A stretch of DNA of 63,772 bases, the filler included, from Salisapilia sapeloensis CBS 127946 (lineage: Eukaryota > Protista > Oomycota), in NCBI GenBank assembly GCA_023334545.1. It is 12 parts of 12 records of this genome, joined end to end, with 100 filler letters (N's around TTAATTAATTAA, not from the genome) between each part and the next. Parts side by side here need not be neighbours in the genome. Positions count along the whole stretch, not along the records: positions 26,788 to 48,193 come from JAADVB010000287.1; positions 48,294 to 49,918 come from JAADVB010001084.1; positions 50,019 to 51,724 come from JAADVB010001068.1; positions 51,825 to 58,892 come from JAADVB010000533.1; 8 more parts are not named here. The stretch is one strand, 5' to 3'. The position numbers were made by a program, and so were the translations under genes. The notes beneath the pieces are model-generated. The model searched no databases, was not told the DNA's origin, and saw only the letters and a list, made by a program, of their open reading frames with translations. This document shows positions 43,646 through 53,736 of this stretch, piece after piece (the first letter of the stretch is position 1; the number at the start of each line of letters is the position of its first letter).

Positions 43646-44359
43646 TTACCACAGCTCCAAGGCAAAGGACAGGATGAGATGGAGCACTGGGCGAGGCACA
43701 TACATCCACGACACTCGGCCTCTTGAAGGCGAAAACGTCCAGGACCACCACGTTGGGTTCAGAGGCGAAAGAGACCGGTGATTCGCTACGACCAATAAAT
43801 CAACAATCTTCTGTTGAGACCGTGAGAACCTCGTGTGCAGGTCAGGTCGCCACACGACACTCCAGTCAGCTGATAGCAATTCGAGAGTACTCGGCCAAAC
43901 CCACGTCCACTCCTCTCGCATTCGATAGACCTCCGCAGCTGCTATCTCCATTAGATCTGCCCATTCCATCTCTGATAACATGCATGATAAGCACCATGTA
44001 CGTACGAATGGTAGATCGAGATGCTCCGGACGTCACGAGAAGACGTATCAAACTATTGCTGCGTATGGCGATCGCCATTGACAGCGCTGAGGATCCTGCG
44101 CTGTGACAGCCATCAGTCTTGCTCACAATATGTCAATCCAAATGCACACGTACGCTGTAGTATGGTTCACATCTAACGCCGGGTACCGAAGCAAGCACTC
44201 GACGACCTGGACCCGAGTTTTGCTGACGGCAAAGATGAGCGATGACCAGCCATCCCCATGTGTCGCATTGATGTCGCCTCCTTTCTGGATCCACCGATCG
44301 ACTTCCGCAACGTCTCCGCTGGCGGCTGCAGCGAGATACTCGCTCACGGTCTCGGGCAT
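43646..44359 (-). CDS. Ankyrin-repeat protein with C-terminal F-box/PRANC-like motif, 3 exons
   Basis: AAASGDVAEV..WIQKGGDINATHGDGWSSLIFAV, spliced NHTTAAGSSALSMAI; tail WRPDLHTRF...VPRPVLHLILSF. Confidence 0.78.
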
Positions 44360-45472
44360 GCTTTGGCCTAAGATGGTTTCTAACAGCTGCAATCACACGT
44401 TATCAGGGCAACGTCAGCTTCAATGTCCACTGCAAGTCGTTTCATCTTTGACACCTACGTCAGCTCCTGAGACTAGAGGCTTCATAAGGTTCTTACAGAC
44501 TCGGAAATGAACACCTACATTGACATTTCCGCTAGGAAAACATGAAACTTTGTACTTTTAGGGTCCGAAGGTGCATGAATAATTAGCATGCAGTGAACTA
44601 GCAAGTCAGATTGTGCATATGCATGCATCTGTGGGTTCGGATACAAGCAATATGACGGTACTTGGCTGTTTTGCAGCATTTCAGACCAAACATTATTACC
44701 TTTCGAATCACCATCACGCGCTGTGAAAATACCTGAGACTGTCGTTCAGCTCATAAACCGTGGCGAAATGAAGCATCCTACCCAGTAGCATTCGTAGTAT
44801 ATGAGTTGCCCGTCACATGCAGGCAGTTGTTATCACGAGATCATTGAACCCAGTGGACTCTTGTCCGGCCTCCCATGCCGCAGGATATTGATATATTGTT
44901 GGAACTCTTGCATCAAAACGCCGGCATCCAAGAATACAGCATGAGACACACAAATGAAAGAATGGCTAAGACATATAGCCGAGCGCACATCTAACGTGCA
45001 CCTGGATGGAAATACATCTCATATGTAAGCCATTCCAACAATTGTTGAGCTTTTCGTATGCGGCCTTCGAAAGCAATCGTTCAGGAAGCTTTTCCCAACC
45101 TATACTTTCAATCTTTGCTACATACGGACTAGAAAAAAGTAGCTGTTTATGCCAGATATTTTCATTTCTACTCACTGCAATGTTGTAGGAATATACTATG
45201 CTCTCTATTATCTATAGATCTATTTGCGGTATATCCTTGTGAGTAGTTATCCAGGCTACTAGGTTTCAAGAACAGCGATTCCAGTTCCTACCGCCAATCT
45301 CTACCTTAAGATAGAAATAGCAAACGAGTTGAACCACTTGTACGTGATCTGTTAAAGATTGATTGTTGGTATATTGATACAAAACACTGCAGCTTGTACA
45401 ATGTTGCGTGCTTTTTGCTCGTATCTCGTGATTGTATAATTAATTTTTTAAGGTCTATCCTTATGATGCCTC

Positions 45473-45544
45473 GCCTCTATAGCTCAGTGGTAGAGCACTC
45501 GCTTCGTAAGCGAAAGGTCGGTGGTTCAATCCCGCCTGGAGGCT
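45473..45544 (+). tRNA. tRNA-Thr(CGT)
   Basis: Acceptor stem GCCTCTA/TGGAGGC, D arm GCTC-AGTGGTA-GAGC, anticodon loop TTCGTAA, T arm GGTGG-TTCAATC-CCGCC. Confidence 0.96.
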
Positions 45545-45548
45545 CTCG

Positions 45549-45553
45549 TTTTT
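45549..45553 (+). terminator. Pol III oligo-dT terminator of tRNA-Thr
   Basis: TTTTT 4 nt downstream of the tRNA. Confidence 0.7.
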
Positions 45554-46149
45554 ACTAGGTTGGACATGCTATCTCTCAATGTCTACTGTTCATCTTCTCC
45601 ATACTTGTCATCATCGATGGATGCTACAATAAGACCTTGAAGAAGAAAACAAACGGTGCCACAGCTATGCGTTGGACTCGCTGTCATGCCTTTAGGACAT
45701 ATACAATGTCATTGCTGACGACTCCTAGTTATGCGCTTGAAAACACAGAGGACTACTACAATCAATCAAGGCCATGGACTACTATAATAGGAGAGTGTTT
45801 AATGTTTTATATGGTGTGCTGTGCGTTAGCGAGCCGACGTAGACATTAAAAACTAGCAAATTACTATTGGGTCTATTTACAAAGTCAGGAAGGGAGCAGT
45901 AGACAGAGCGTACTGCTGGTACAGATCCCTTTGTGCAGATAGGGAATCTAGCTATCTATTCACCTAGTATTATTAAAGTTGAGTTTTATAAACCTCATTC
46001 TACAGCTACAAAGGCTTCTGTTCGCATTTACAATATCATTCTTACACTTGATCTCGAAAGAATCGTGTAGCTAAGAATCAAAGCTAAAAATGCAGTCGCC
46101 TTTTGGCACAACCTAAACGCGGGCATGTGCCGATTTATTTGACAAAATC

Positions 46150-47250
46150 TCAAAGCCGCAGCAGTACTATGCAGGCATTAGTAGAGGACTTGCGTGTAAA
46201 GCTTACAAAGATTTTGTTTGCAAGTATAGGAATATACGCAGGCTGGTAGCTATGGGCGGACACGATGTTTTCTGTATCTATACACCTCAAAACCACATTC
46301 AACACTAGGTCAAACCCGAGTCGATCTGCTAGGACTGTAGATGTGGGAAGTAACTCGACATACATGTACTTCACATCCAATTCAATTGCCTCTTTCACTT
46401 TTAAAGTCCGACCTAATGCGTAGTAGAAAAATACCAGCCTGCAAATTCTGCCTTGTATTCGTTATGTACGTAGTGCATTTCTTTCGATAAGGGCGGCGAC
46501 TTACTTTGGTCGCTAAGGGATTCGAGAGGACTGTTGAGTATCGTCGCTCCAGAGTAGTGACTGTCAACGTATCTATGTCCACAGGTTTGACTGCTAGAGC
46601 TAAGAGTATTTGTTCTCGCACACTTTGAGTAAGTGGGCTTGTTGTCTAGGTGGTGATCCTTACGGTGCCAATAAGCCGCCGACACTGTCAATATAGGTAA
46701 TCCAGATGTGTTTTGGCCGGAGGCTTGCATCACGTTTACTGTCGGGTGAGCCAGGATAGCTTGGTGAGAATACGGATCGATTTCCAGTCATGCTAGTAAC
46801 ATGGTTAGCGACATAATCAAAGACCACGATGCACCTGGCGTGAACGAGACAACAACAAGTTTTACTTTCGCAATAGATTTTATTTTCAATCACTCACATC
46901 CTGGTATTCTACAGATAAGAGCAATCTTTCTTAAAGACCTCTACACAATCTCGTTGAGAGAATTACAAGTACCTCAGATCCCAAACCAATTATTCATTTG
47001 ACCGTCTGCAGTAGCGTACAATGCATGGTGTTCAGACCAAGCACAACAGTAATTGGAGCTACCACTGTGGAGATGCAAAGCAATCCGCAAAAAAGTTTGG
47101 TCTGATTATTGTCAAGAGTACGAGTTCATGAAGTTTTATATTTTGTAGCAAGTACACTTTCCTTGGCAAGATAGATAGCACTTCCGAAATTTCTCTTCCT
47201 TGGGAGGACAAAGGTTGCGAGACCTTTCGGGGCGACTATTTGCTGCTTGC
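46150..47250 (-). mobile_element. Highly decayed Ty1/copia pol (RT/RNase H) remnant
   Basis: Fragments YVDSHYSG, SKEMHYV..YKAEF and IELDVKY..LPTSTVLAD weakly resemble YxDSDWAG, SKKQ..EAEY and HIDVKY..PT..MLAD, and occur in the copia order. Confidence 0.35.
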
Positions 47251-48623
47251 GCTTCGCAAATTTCGCCATCATTATGCTCTTCGCAGGGCATCACGTGAGA
47301 GGAAAAGCTGCGAATGCCTTGAGTGATGACCAGGCGATACGCTCGACAACATGCGCGGCTGGAATGAAGACCCTATCATCAAGCAAGCAAGTCGTACAAT
47401 TAAAAGCTACCGCGAACAAACTAGCAAGCTCAACAACGTAGGATACATGGCAAACAAGTTGATCAGAAAGCACACCTCAGCGGACACAGGCTCTCCTGCT
47501 AGGATGCACGCCCACGAAAACAGAAGAGGAGAAACAGACAGAAAAAAGAGAGAAGGGCAAAAGGTTAAGGCAGCTAGGTCCGCGAAGACACGCGTAAATA
47601 GAACGCACTAATAATTATAAGAAATTCTGTAAGGAAATTATTTTATAATATTTATGATTTTAAAATAAATAAGACGATAAACCACAAGTCCAAAATTAAG
47701 TATTGGCTGGCTATTTATATTAGAACTGTGTAATTTTAAACTACAACTCGATTTACGGAAATGATTATTGAAATGCTTAATATCATCCGTGAAACATTTA
47801 TATTCTGAAACATTCTACGATTAGACCATGTGAAATAATAAAACGTATCAGTAAAATTTATTTACGACATACAAGTGAAAAATACATGCACTACTTGATG
47901 AACTTATGTTTAAATGATTACATTTTAATTTTAAATCGAAAACACATTAAATTCATATTGTATATATTAAGCTATTTTTTATAATCAAACACAATAAAAT
48001 AAATAAAATTCTAGCATTTTCACTAAGAAGTCAAATTTAATACATGTTGTCTTTGCCACTTAAAAAGCTCTAAACTAGACAAAATAGTCCAAGTTAATTA
48101 GTGTAATAAATTAATATTTAGTTTGTATCCTTACATTTCTTTTAAATTAATATTTTCAAGAAGTGTTTCAACATACGCAGCTAGTAGTTTTAANNNNNNN
48201 NNNNNNNNNNNNNNNNNNNNNNNNNNNNNNNNNNNNNTTAATTAATTAANNNNNNNNNNNNNNNNNNNNNNNNNNNNNNNNNNNNNNNNNNNNAAAACCC
48301 CAGAAAGTAACTTTTATCCCAGTCAACTCTTCAATCGCGTTGCTGGGTTCCAACAAGTTCATTCGCATACATTGGATGCATGATGTTTACTCCATAGGGA
48401 AAGAAAGTGAGGTATATTGATGTCGAATTTGTAGCGTTTAGTCTAGGGGCAGTAGACTTTACATCTAGCTGTCTTTTTCAGTATAAGTTTGCAGCAAATC
48501 AAGAGCAATTTTAGCAGGTACACTTTCTGTACCTGCTAGCTGACCATCAGCTCCTCAAATCCTCAAATTAAATTTGTCCCGCTCCCTCATACTCAACTGA
48601 CTGATTCTTTCGCTGTTACGAGA

Positions 48624-49918
48624 ATGCGTGGTGCTGATCTCTTACTATACGCTGCCGTTTTCGCAGTCTCCATCTCACCAAGCTTAGCACAAAGCGGAGA
48701 TGATGGTATATGTGGAAACCTGGCCAATGTGCTCACAACAGACTGCTCGGATGGATGCCCCAGCGATCATCTCTGCGCTCGGCACGTGGTCGGCGATGAA
48801 TGCGACTTTCATTGCCAAAAAGTGAAAGTTTTTCAGGAGAATGGGATCAACGCGACGTACATACTGCTCGAATTTGGTAGTTACGAAAGCGAATGGTGGA
48901 AAAAATACGGTAGGGATGAAGGGTTGAATCAGGCCCTCGATCCGCTACCGAGCAGCAAAGACAGCTTGACGCGTTATGATAACGATGCGGTGAATACCAT
49001 CGGACCTATACAAGTCCCTTCCAAAGTTGACGAAATCTATATCCAAGGTACTTTTGATATATAACTTTTAAAACCATGGCGTAAATGCTAACGATGATTA
49101 TAGGTACATCCGCAGCGGCTACAGGTTACGTAAAAGGAAAGGTGGTAAATACCACCTTTGAAAAAGGTTTTTTATCCGATATTTTAACTCTCAAGTCTGT
49201 CGAGTTTGTAAGCATGGATTTTTCGGAACACCGCCCAGACTTTAGCAGTATGACTAAAGCCGAACTGAAGTATCTAGGTCTTAAAAACTGTCTATTGAAA
49301 AAGCTCCCAACGAGCGTTTCTACAATGCACTCGTTAACAAACCTCGGTCTCCAGGGCAACATTATGACTGCCTTTGATGCCGACTTGAATCGGTCCGACT
49401 TTAGCAGGTTAAAGCTTAATGATAACAGCTTGACGTCGTTTACAGCAGAATTACCGGAGGAAATGTTGAATTTGGACCTTCGTCACAACAACTTAGCTTC
49501 GCTCGATACAAAACTTCCAAAAACGATAGGAAGTCTGAAACTCGAGCACAATAGCTTCACATCCATACCTACAGCTCTTCAAAACGTCACAAAGCTACAT
49601 GAGTTTCAGTTCAACTTCAATCCTCTGACCAATGTGTATGTGACACAACACATTTTTGAGTTGTTGAAAGATGCAACAGTGCACATGAACCATGAGGTGG
49701 ATACGTCAGAATGCGAGAAGGTGGGGGAATTAACAGGCAATTCTAGCGTCTGTATCACGGAGAATCTAGAGGATATGATCAATCCGGAGCCTGGCCAAAA
49801 CAGTGCGCCCGACAGTGCGTCCGAAAGTGCATCCGACAGTGAAGACTCCAGCAGCATGAAAGCCATCTACATCTCCATCCCGGTTGTCGCTGTATTCGTG
49901 GTTGCCGCTGGCATCTTA
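48624..49918 (+). CDS. Signal peptide + Cys-rich + LRR + TM receptor-like protein (oomycete LRR-TKL type), intron 49048-49103, 3' truncated
   Basis: MRGADLLLYAAVFAVSISPSLA; LxxLxLxxNxL repeats; TM IYISIPVVAVFVVAAGIL at the contig end. Confidence 0.85.
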
Positions 49919-50018
49919 NNNNNNNNNNNNNNNNNNNNNNNNNNNNNNNNNNNNNNNNNNNNTTAATTAATTAANNNNNNNNNNNNNNNNNNNNNNNNNN
50001 NNNNNNNNNNNNNNNNNN

Positions 50019-50159
50019 CACCAACGCGGCTCGACCGTCTAAACCGCTCGCAGGATTCGCACTGTCGTTCGCGCACATCTGGATGAACGCCTCCATCTCA
50101 TTCACGTACGCCTCCATGTACCTCTCCAGGAAGAAATAGAGAGGAACGTCTCTACGAAC
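50019..50159 (+). repeat. 141-bp direct terminal repeat (second copy 51584-51724); unit length 1565 bp
   Basis: Exact match between contig start and end. Confidence 0.97.
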
Positions 50160-51141
50160 ACTCTCCGCCGTCGACACCATCACGTCATTCCCGTGCTTAT
50201 TGTCGCATGACACTGAACCCAAGGTGCCTAGTACTTCTACCCTCTGGTCGTATCCGTACGCAGCTTCTCGACTATTTTCAATGTAGCACAGGACGCCGTT
50301 GCGGAAGCGAAGGATGCATACGGCTGAATCAATGTCTCCTGCTTCTTGGATAGCAGGATCCCGACACTGACCCATGGCGAATACCTCCTCCACCTCGTCC
50401 TTCACCAGGAATCGAGCCATGTCAAAGTCATGGATCGTCATGTCCCGGAACAGACCGCCGGAAGTCTCGATGTAGCTGATGGGTGGAGGAGACGGATCTC
50501 GACTCGTGATCCGTACCATCTTCACGTCGCCCACCTCTCCACTCGCCACCGATCTTTCCACACGTTTAAAGTTGGCGTCGAAACGCCTGTTGAATCCCAC
50601 CATAAGCTTCACGCCAGCCTCCTCCACCTACATAATACCATTAGCAAAAGCTCCTACCACTACGTTTATGTATACATACGGCAGCGATGGCCTTGTCCAC
50701 CACATCCAGACTCAAGTCGATGGGTTTCTCGCAAAAGATGTGCTTCTTATTCCCCGCTGCCTCGATTATCTGCTCTGCGTGGAGCGGAGTGGGCGAGCAC
50801 ACGACGACGGCATCGACCTTTGGATCACGTAACACTTCACTTGCATCCCTCGTCCATTTCCCCACGCCGTACTTGTCAGCCAATGGTTCTAACTCGGGCG
50901 ATCGCGGAGTCGACATCTGCACATCATGAGCAAAGATGTCCAAAATAGAGGAAGAGCTCATTCAATAGCCACGTACGATTTCAACAATGGCATCTGTCTG
51001 CTGCAATCCCTGTAAATGGACCTTTCCAATCCTCCCAAGACCAATGAGACCGACATGCAGGTTTCTTCGTGTCTCGCGACTACGATAGAGCTGGAAGGCT
51101 CGAGACGCCGATCTTGCGACTCCCAACCTATTGAAAATCAT
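50019..51141 (-). CDS. iolG: Myo-inositol 2-dehydrogenase (IolG-like, Gfo/Idh/MocA); exons 51141-50977, 50916-50680, 50627-50019, continuing at 51583-51521
   Basis: LHVGLIGLGRIGKVH Rossmann motif, IFCEKP, LMVGFNRRFD, ITSRDPSPPP, GGLFRDMTIHDFD, YGYDQRVEVLG; 357 aa when circularised. Confidence 0.9.
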
Positions 51142-51520
51142 ATCTGTCGTCTATCAAGTAGAAACGCTACTGTTGCAATCTCAAAACGTAGGGAAACGTA
51201 GAGAAACGTCTTCCTAGGCAGCTATGAATAGTAACTCGGGTGTCAAGGAGATGACCACGATGCGTCGAGATACCGTGTCTTGGGCGCAGTTTTTCCAGAC
51301 CACATCTTATTCGACTCGTAAATTTACCTCCATTCGATAGATACGAATTGCTACATGCTAGCGCCACCGACGACCCAGTACGTCTACCTACGATATCACC
51401 ACACTTCTCTTCTCCTTTGTTGATGGCAACTACTTGCTAGATATAGCCACAGCAGCTATGAATGAAAAGGTTGTATGGAAATCATGTGCCAAAAGGACTT
51501 TATCATGTATTTATGGATCT

Positions 51521-51724
51521 CTAGATTTCGGATACTTTGACAGGACGATTTTCCTTGAGAGACTTGTTCGCTGCCAGTGCCAGCACCAACGCGGCTCGAC
51601 CGTCTAAACCGCTCGCAGGATTCGCACTGTCGTTCGCGCACATCTGGATGAACGCCTCCATCTCATTCACGTACGCCTCCATGTACCTCTCCAGGAAGAA
51701 ATAGAGAGGAACGTCTCTACGAAC
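51521..51724 (-). CDS. iolG: C-terminal end of an IolG-like gene (preceding tandem copy, or the same gene if circular)
   Basis: ...GLDGRAALVLALAANKSLKENRPVKVSEI*. Confidence 0.88.
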   Translation of the reverse strand, partial: VRRDVPLYFFLERYMEAYVNEMEAFIQMCANDSANPASGLDGRAALVLALAANKSLKENRPVKVSEI

Positions 51725-51824
51725 NNNNNNNNNNNNNNNNNNNNNNNNNNNNNNNNNNNNNNNNNNNNTTAATTAATTAANNNNNNNNNNNNNNNNNNNN
51801 NNNNNNNNNNNNNNNNNNNNNNNN

Positions 51825-52039
51825 CACAAGTTTCCCTTGTACTCCGTCGTATTGCCAACCCACTCTGTTTCCTGTTCGCCAACCGCTGCATACACCAAGC
51901 GAGTAGCCTCCTCCATGTTCTCCACTTCCTCCCACCCGCCTAGGACGAAAACCGATCCATCTTCACTGCTTGAGCTCGAATTTGCAGCATGAGTGACGGC
52001 TAGAGTTAGCGCGATCGATGCGAACATTTTGTAAGCCAT
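51825..52039 (-). CDS. Small secreted protein, probably cystatin-like (EPIC family); 3' truncated
   Basis: Signal peptide MAYKMFASIALTLAVTHA, then VLGGWEEV...LVYAAVG; the diagnostic QxVxG would lie beyond the contig end. Confidence 0.45.
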
Positions 52040-52063
52040 AATGTGTCGGTGTGGTCTGTAGTG

Positions 52064-52081
52064 GTCGAATTCAAAAATGAC
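52064..52081 (-). promoter_or_regulatory. INR+FPR core promoter of the secreted-protein gene
   Basis: Minus strand GTCATTTTTGAATTCGAC, 24 nt before ATG 52039. Confidence 0.55.
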
Positions 52082-52553
52082 GAGTTGTGTGAACCTTGAA
52101 GCATGCTGATCCTGGCGCAACTTGACATTTATCAACGCGCGACTCAAGATATACCGACGTTTCTTTACATTCGGCATGCATATGGTATAGCGGAAGGATA
52201 CCCAGAAGTAGTGGGTTAGTGGAGAGTTGGCATCAGTATTTGTGTGATCCAAGTGTATCGGCTATCCATATTAATGCTTTATCTGAAAGATTGCTGAATG
52301 CATTTAACGTTCGGGCACTCCCTGCAGCCACACCGGCCTGAATTTTGGAAACATGATCAGAAAGACTGATTTCGACAGAGAAAACATCAAGCGATGCATT
52401 GTGCAGTTATATCATACAGATCGTTATCAGCTATGCACAGAGCATTTACACAGCTTTTCAATGCATCAACTTACCAAACGAACACTGCTGTGTTGGCAAA
52501 TAAGAGTCTTGTTCTTTACGTTCTTAGTTCTATATCCCAGAGATCTGAACAGA

Positions 52554-53696
52554 TTAGTTCTGTAGATACTTGGATCCGTACTCGGTCTCCTCGAGGAACG
52601 GGTAGTCAATGTAGCCTTCCTCTCCAGCCAAGTACGCCGTCTTGGCGTTGAACTCGTTAAGAGGAGCGTTAAGCTTCAATCGCTTCACCAAGTCCGGGTT
52701 CGCGATGAAGGCACGGCCCCATGCAACGAGGTCAGCGTCTCCGTTTTCAACCGTTTCGATAGCCTCATCGCGACCGAAGTATGACGAAGTCATCAACACA
52801 CCGTTGTACATCGGACGGAAGTACTTGGTCACGCCTTCCTTCGGAGCCAATTCCGTCGTCGTGTGGAATCCACGCGGTTCAATTACGTGGAGGTAGGCCA
52901 AGTCGTAGTCGTTCATCTTCTTGATGACGTATGAGTACAGCTCAGCAGGGTTGGAGTCGGTCGCACCGAAGGTGTGTCCGAACGGAGACAGACGGATGCC
53001 TACGCGGCTAGAGCCAGCCTCCTTCGTGACAGCATCTAACACTTCGAACACGAAACGAGCGCGGTTCTCAATCGAGCCACCGTACTTGTCGGTACGGTTG
53101 TTAACGTTATCACAGAGGAACTGCTCCAAAAGGTATCCGTTTGCGGAGTGGACTTCCACACCGTCGAAACCAGCCTTGATTGCCATTTCAGTGGCGTGAC
53201 GGTACTCTTCAACAACCTTGGGAATTTCGTCGGTCTCAAGTGGACGAGGAATAGAGTACTCCTTACGGCCTTCAGGCGTGACAGCCCAGCTAGACGTGTC
53301 AGCCTGGATGTCGCTAGAGGACACAGGAGCCTGGTTGTTCGGCTGGTTGGAAGTGTGGTTCACACGGCCAGTGTGCCACAACTGGACGAAGACCTTACCA
53401 CCCTTGTCGTGGATGGCCTTCGTCACAGGCTTCCACGACTCGACTTGGGCGTCCGTGTAGATGCCTGGGGAACAGTAGTAGCCCTTACCAGTGGCACTGA
53501 TGTTGGTCGCTTCTGTGACGAGTAGACCACCATCCGTGGAGCGCTGACCGTAGTAGGTGGCAGCCATGGCAGGTTGCTCTCCAGCATCATTGGCACGAAG
53601 ACGAGTGCACGGCGCGTAGGTGACACGGTGCTTGAGCTCGACCGGGTTCTTACCTCCGAGCTTGAATGAGGAGAAAAGTTTCGGCGTAGTGGACAT
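52554..53696 (-). CDS. Old Yellow Enzyme (NADH:flavin oxidoreductase, OPR/NemA-like), copy 1
   Basis: LKHRVTYAPCTR, YYGQRS..GLLVTEA, QLWHTGR, GFDGVEVHSANGYLLEQFL, NNRTDKYGGSIENR. Confidence 0.96.
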   Translation of the reverse strand: MSTTPKLFSSFKLGGKNPVELKHRVTYAPCTRLRANDAGEQPAMAATYYGQRSTDGGLLVTEATNISATGKGYYCSPGIYTDAQVESWKPVTKAIHDKGGKVFVQLWHTGRVNHTSNQPNNQAPVSSSDIQADTSSWAVTPEGRKEYSIPRPLETDEIPKVVEEYRHATEMAIKAGFDGVEVHSANGYLLEQFLCDNVNNRTDKYGGSIENRARFVFEVLDAVTKEAGSSRVGIRLSPFGHTFGATDSNPAELYSYVIKKMNDYDLAYLHVIEPRGFHTTTELAPKEGVTKYFRPMYNGVLMTSSYFGRDEAIETVENGDADLVAWGRAFIANPDLVKRLKLNAPLNEFNAKTAYLAGEEGYIDYPFLEETEYGSKYLQN

Positions 53697-53718
53697 TGTT
53701 ACTGTTGCTGTCGATGCT

Positions 53719-53736
53719 GCAAATTCGTAAATGAGC
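53719..53736 (-). promoter_or_regulatory. INR+FPR core promoter of OYE copy 1
   Basis: Minus strand GCTCATTTACGAATTTGC, near-perfect oomycete consensus, 22 nt before ATG 53696. Confidence 0.7.

Noticed and set aside
43207-43781. Small plus-strand gene between SPX and the ankyrin gene
   Set aside because: The ORF pieces (e.g. 43368-43781) have no motif, no clear start or splice model, and partly overlap the ankyrin gene antisense
44600-45200. Aspartic-protease-like FLDAG fragment on the minus strand
   Set aside because: A single weak motif amid stops; insufficient support
50019-51724. IolG contig as bacterial contamination or a plasmid
   Set aside because: Two canonical spliceosomal introns and a presequence-like extension; no replication genes
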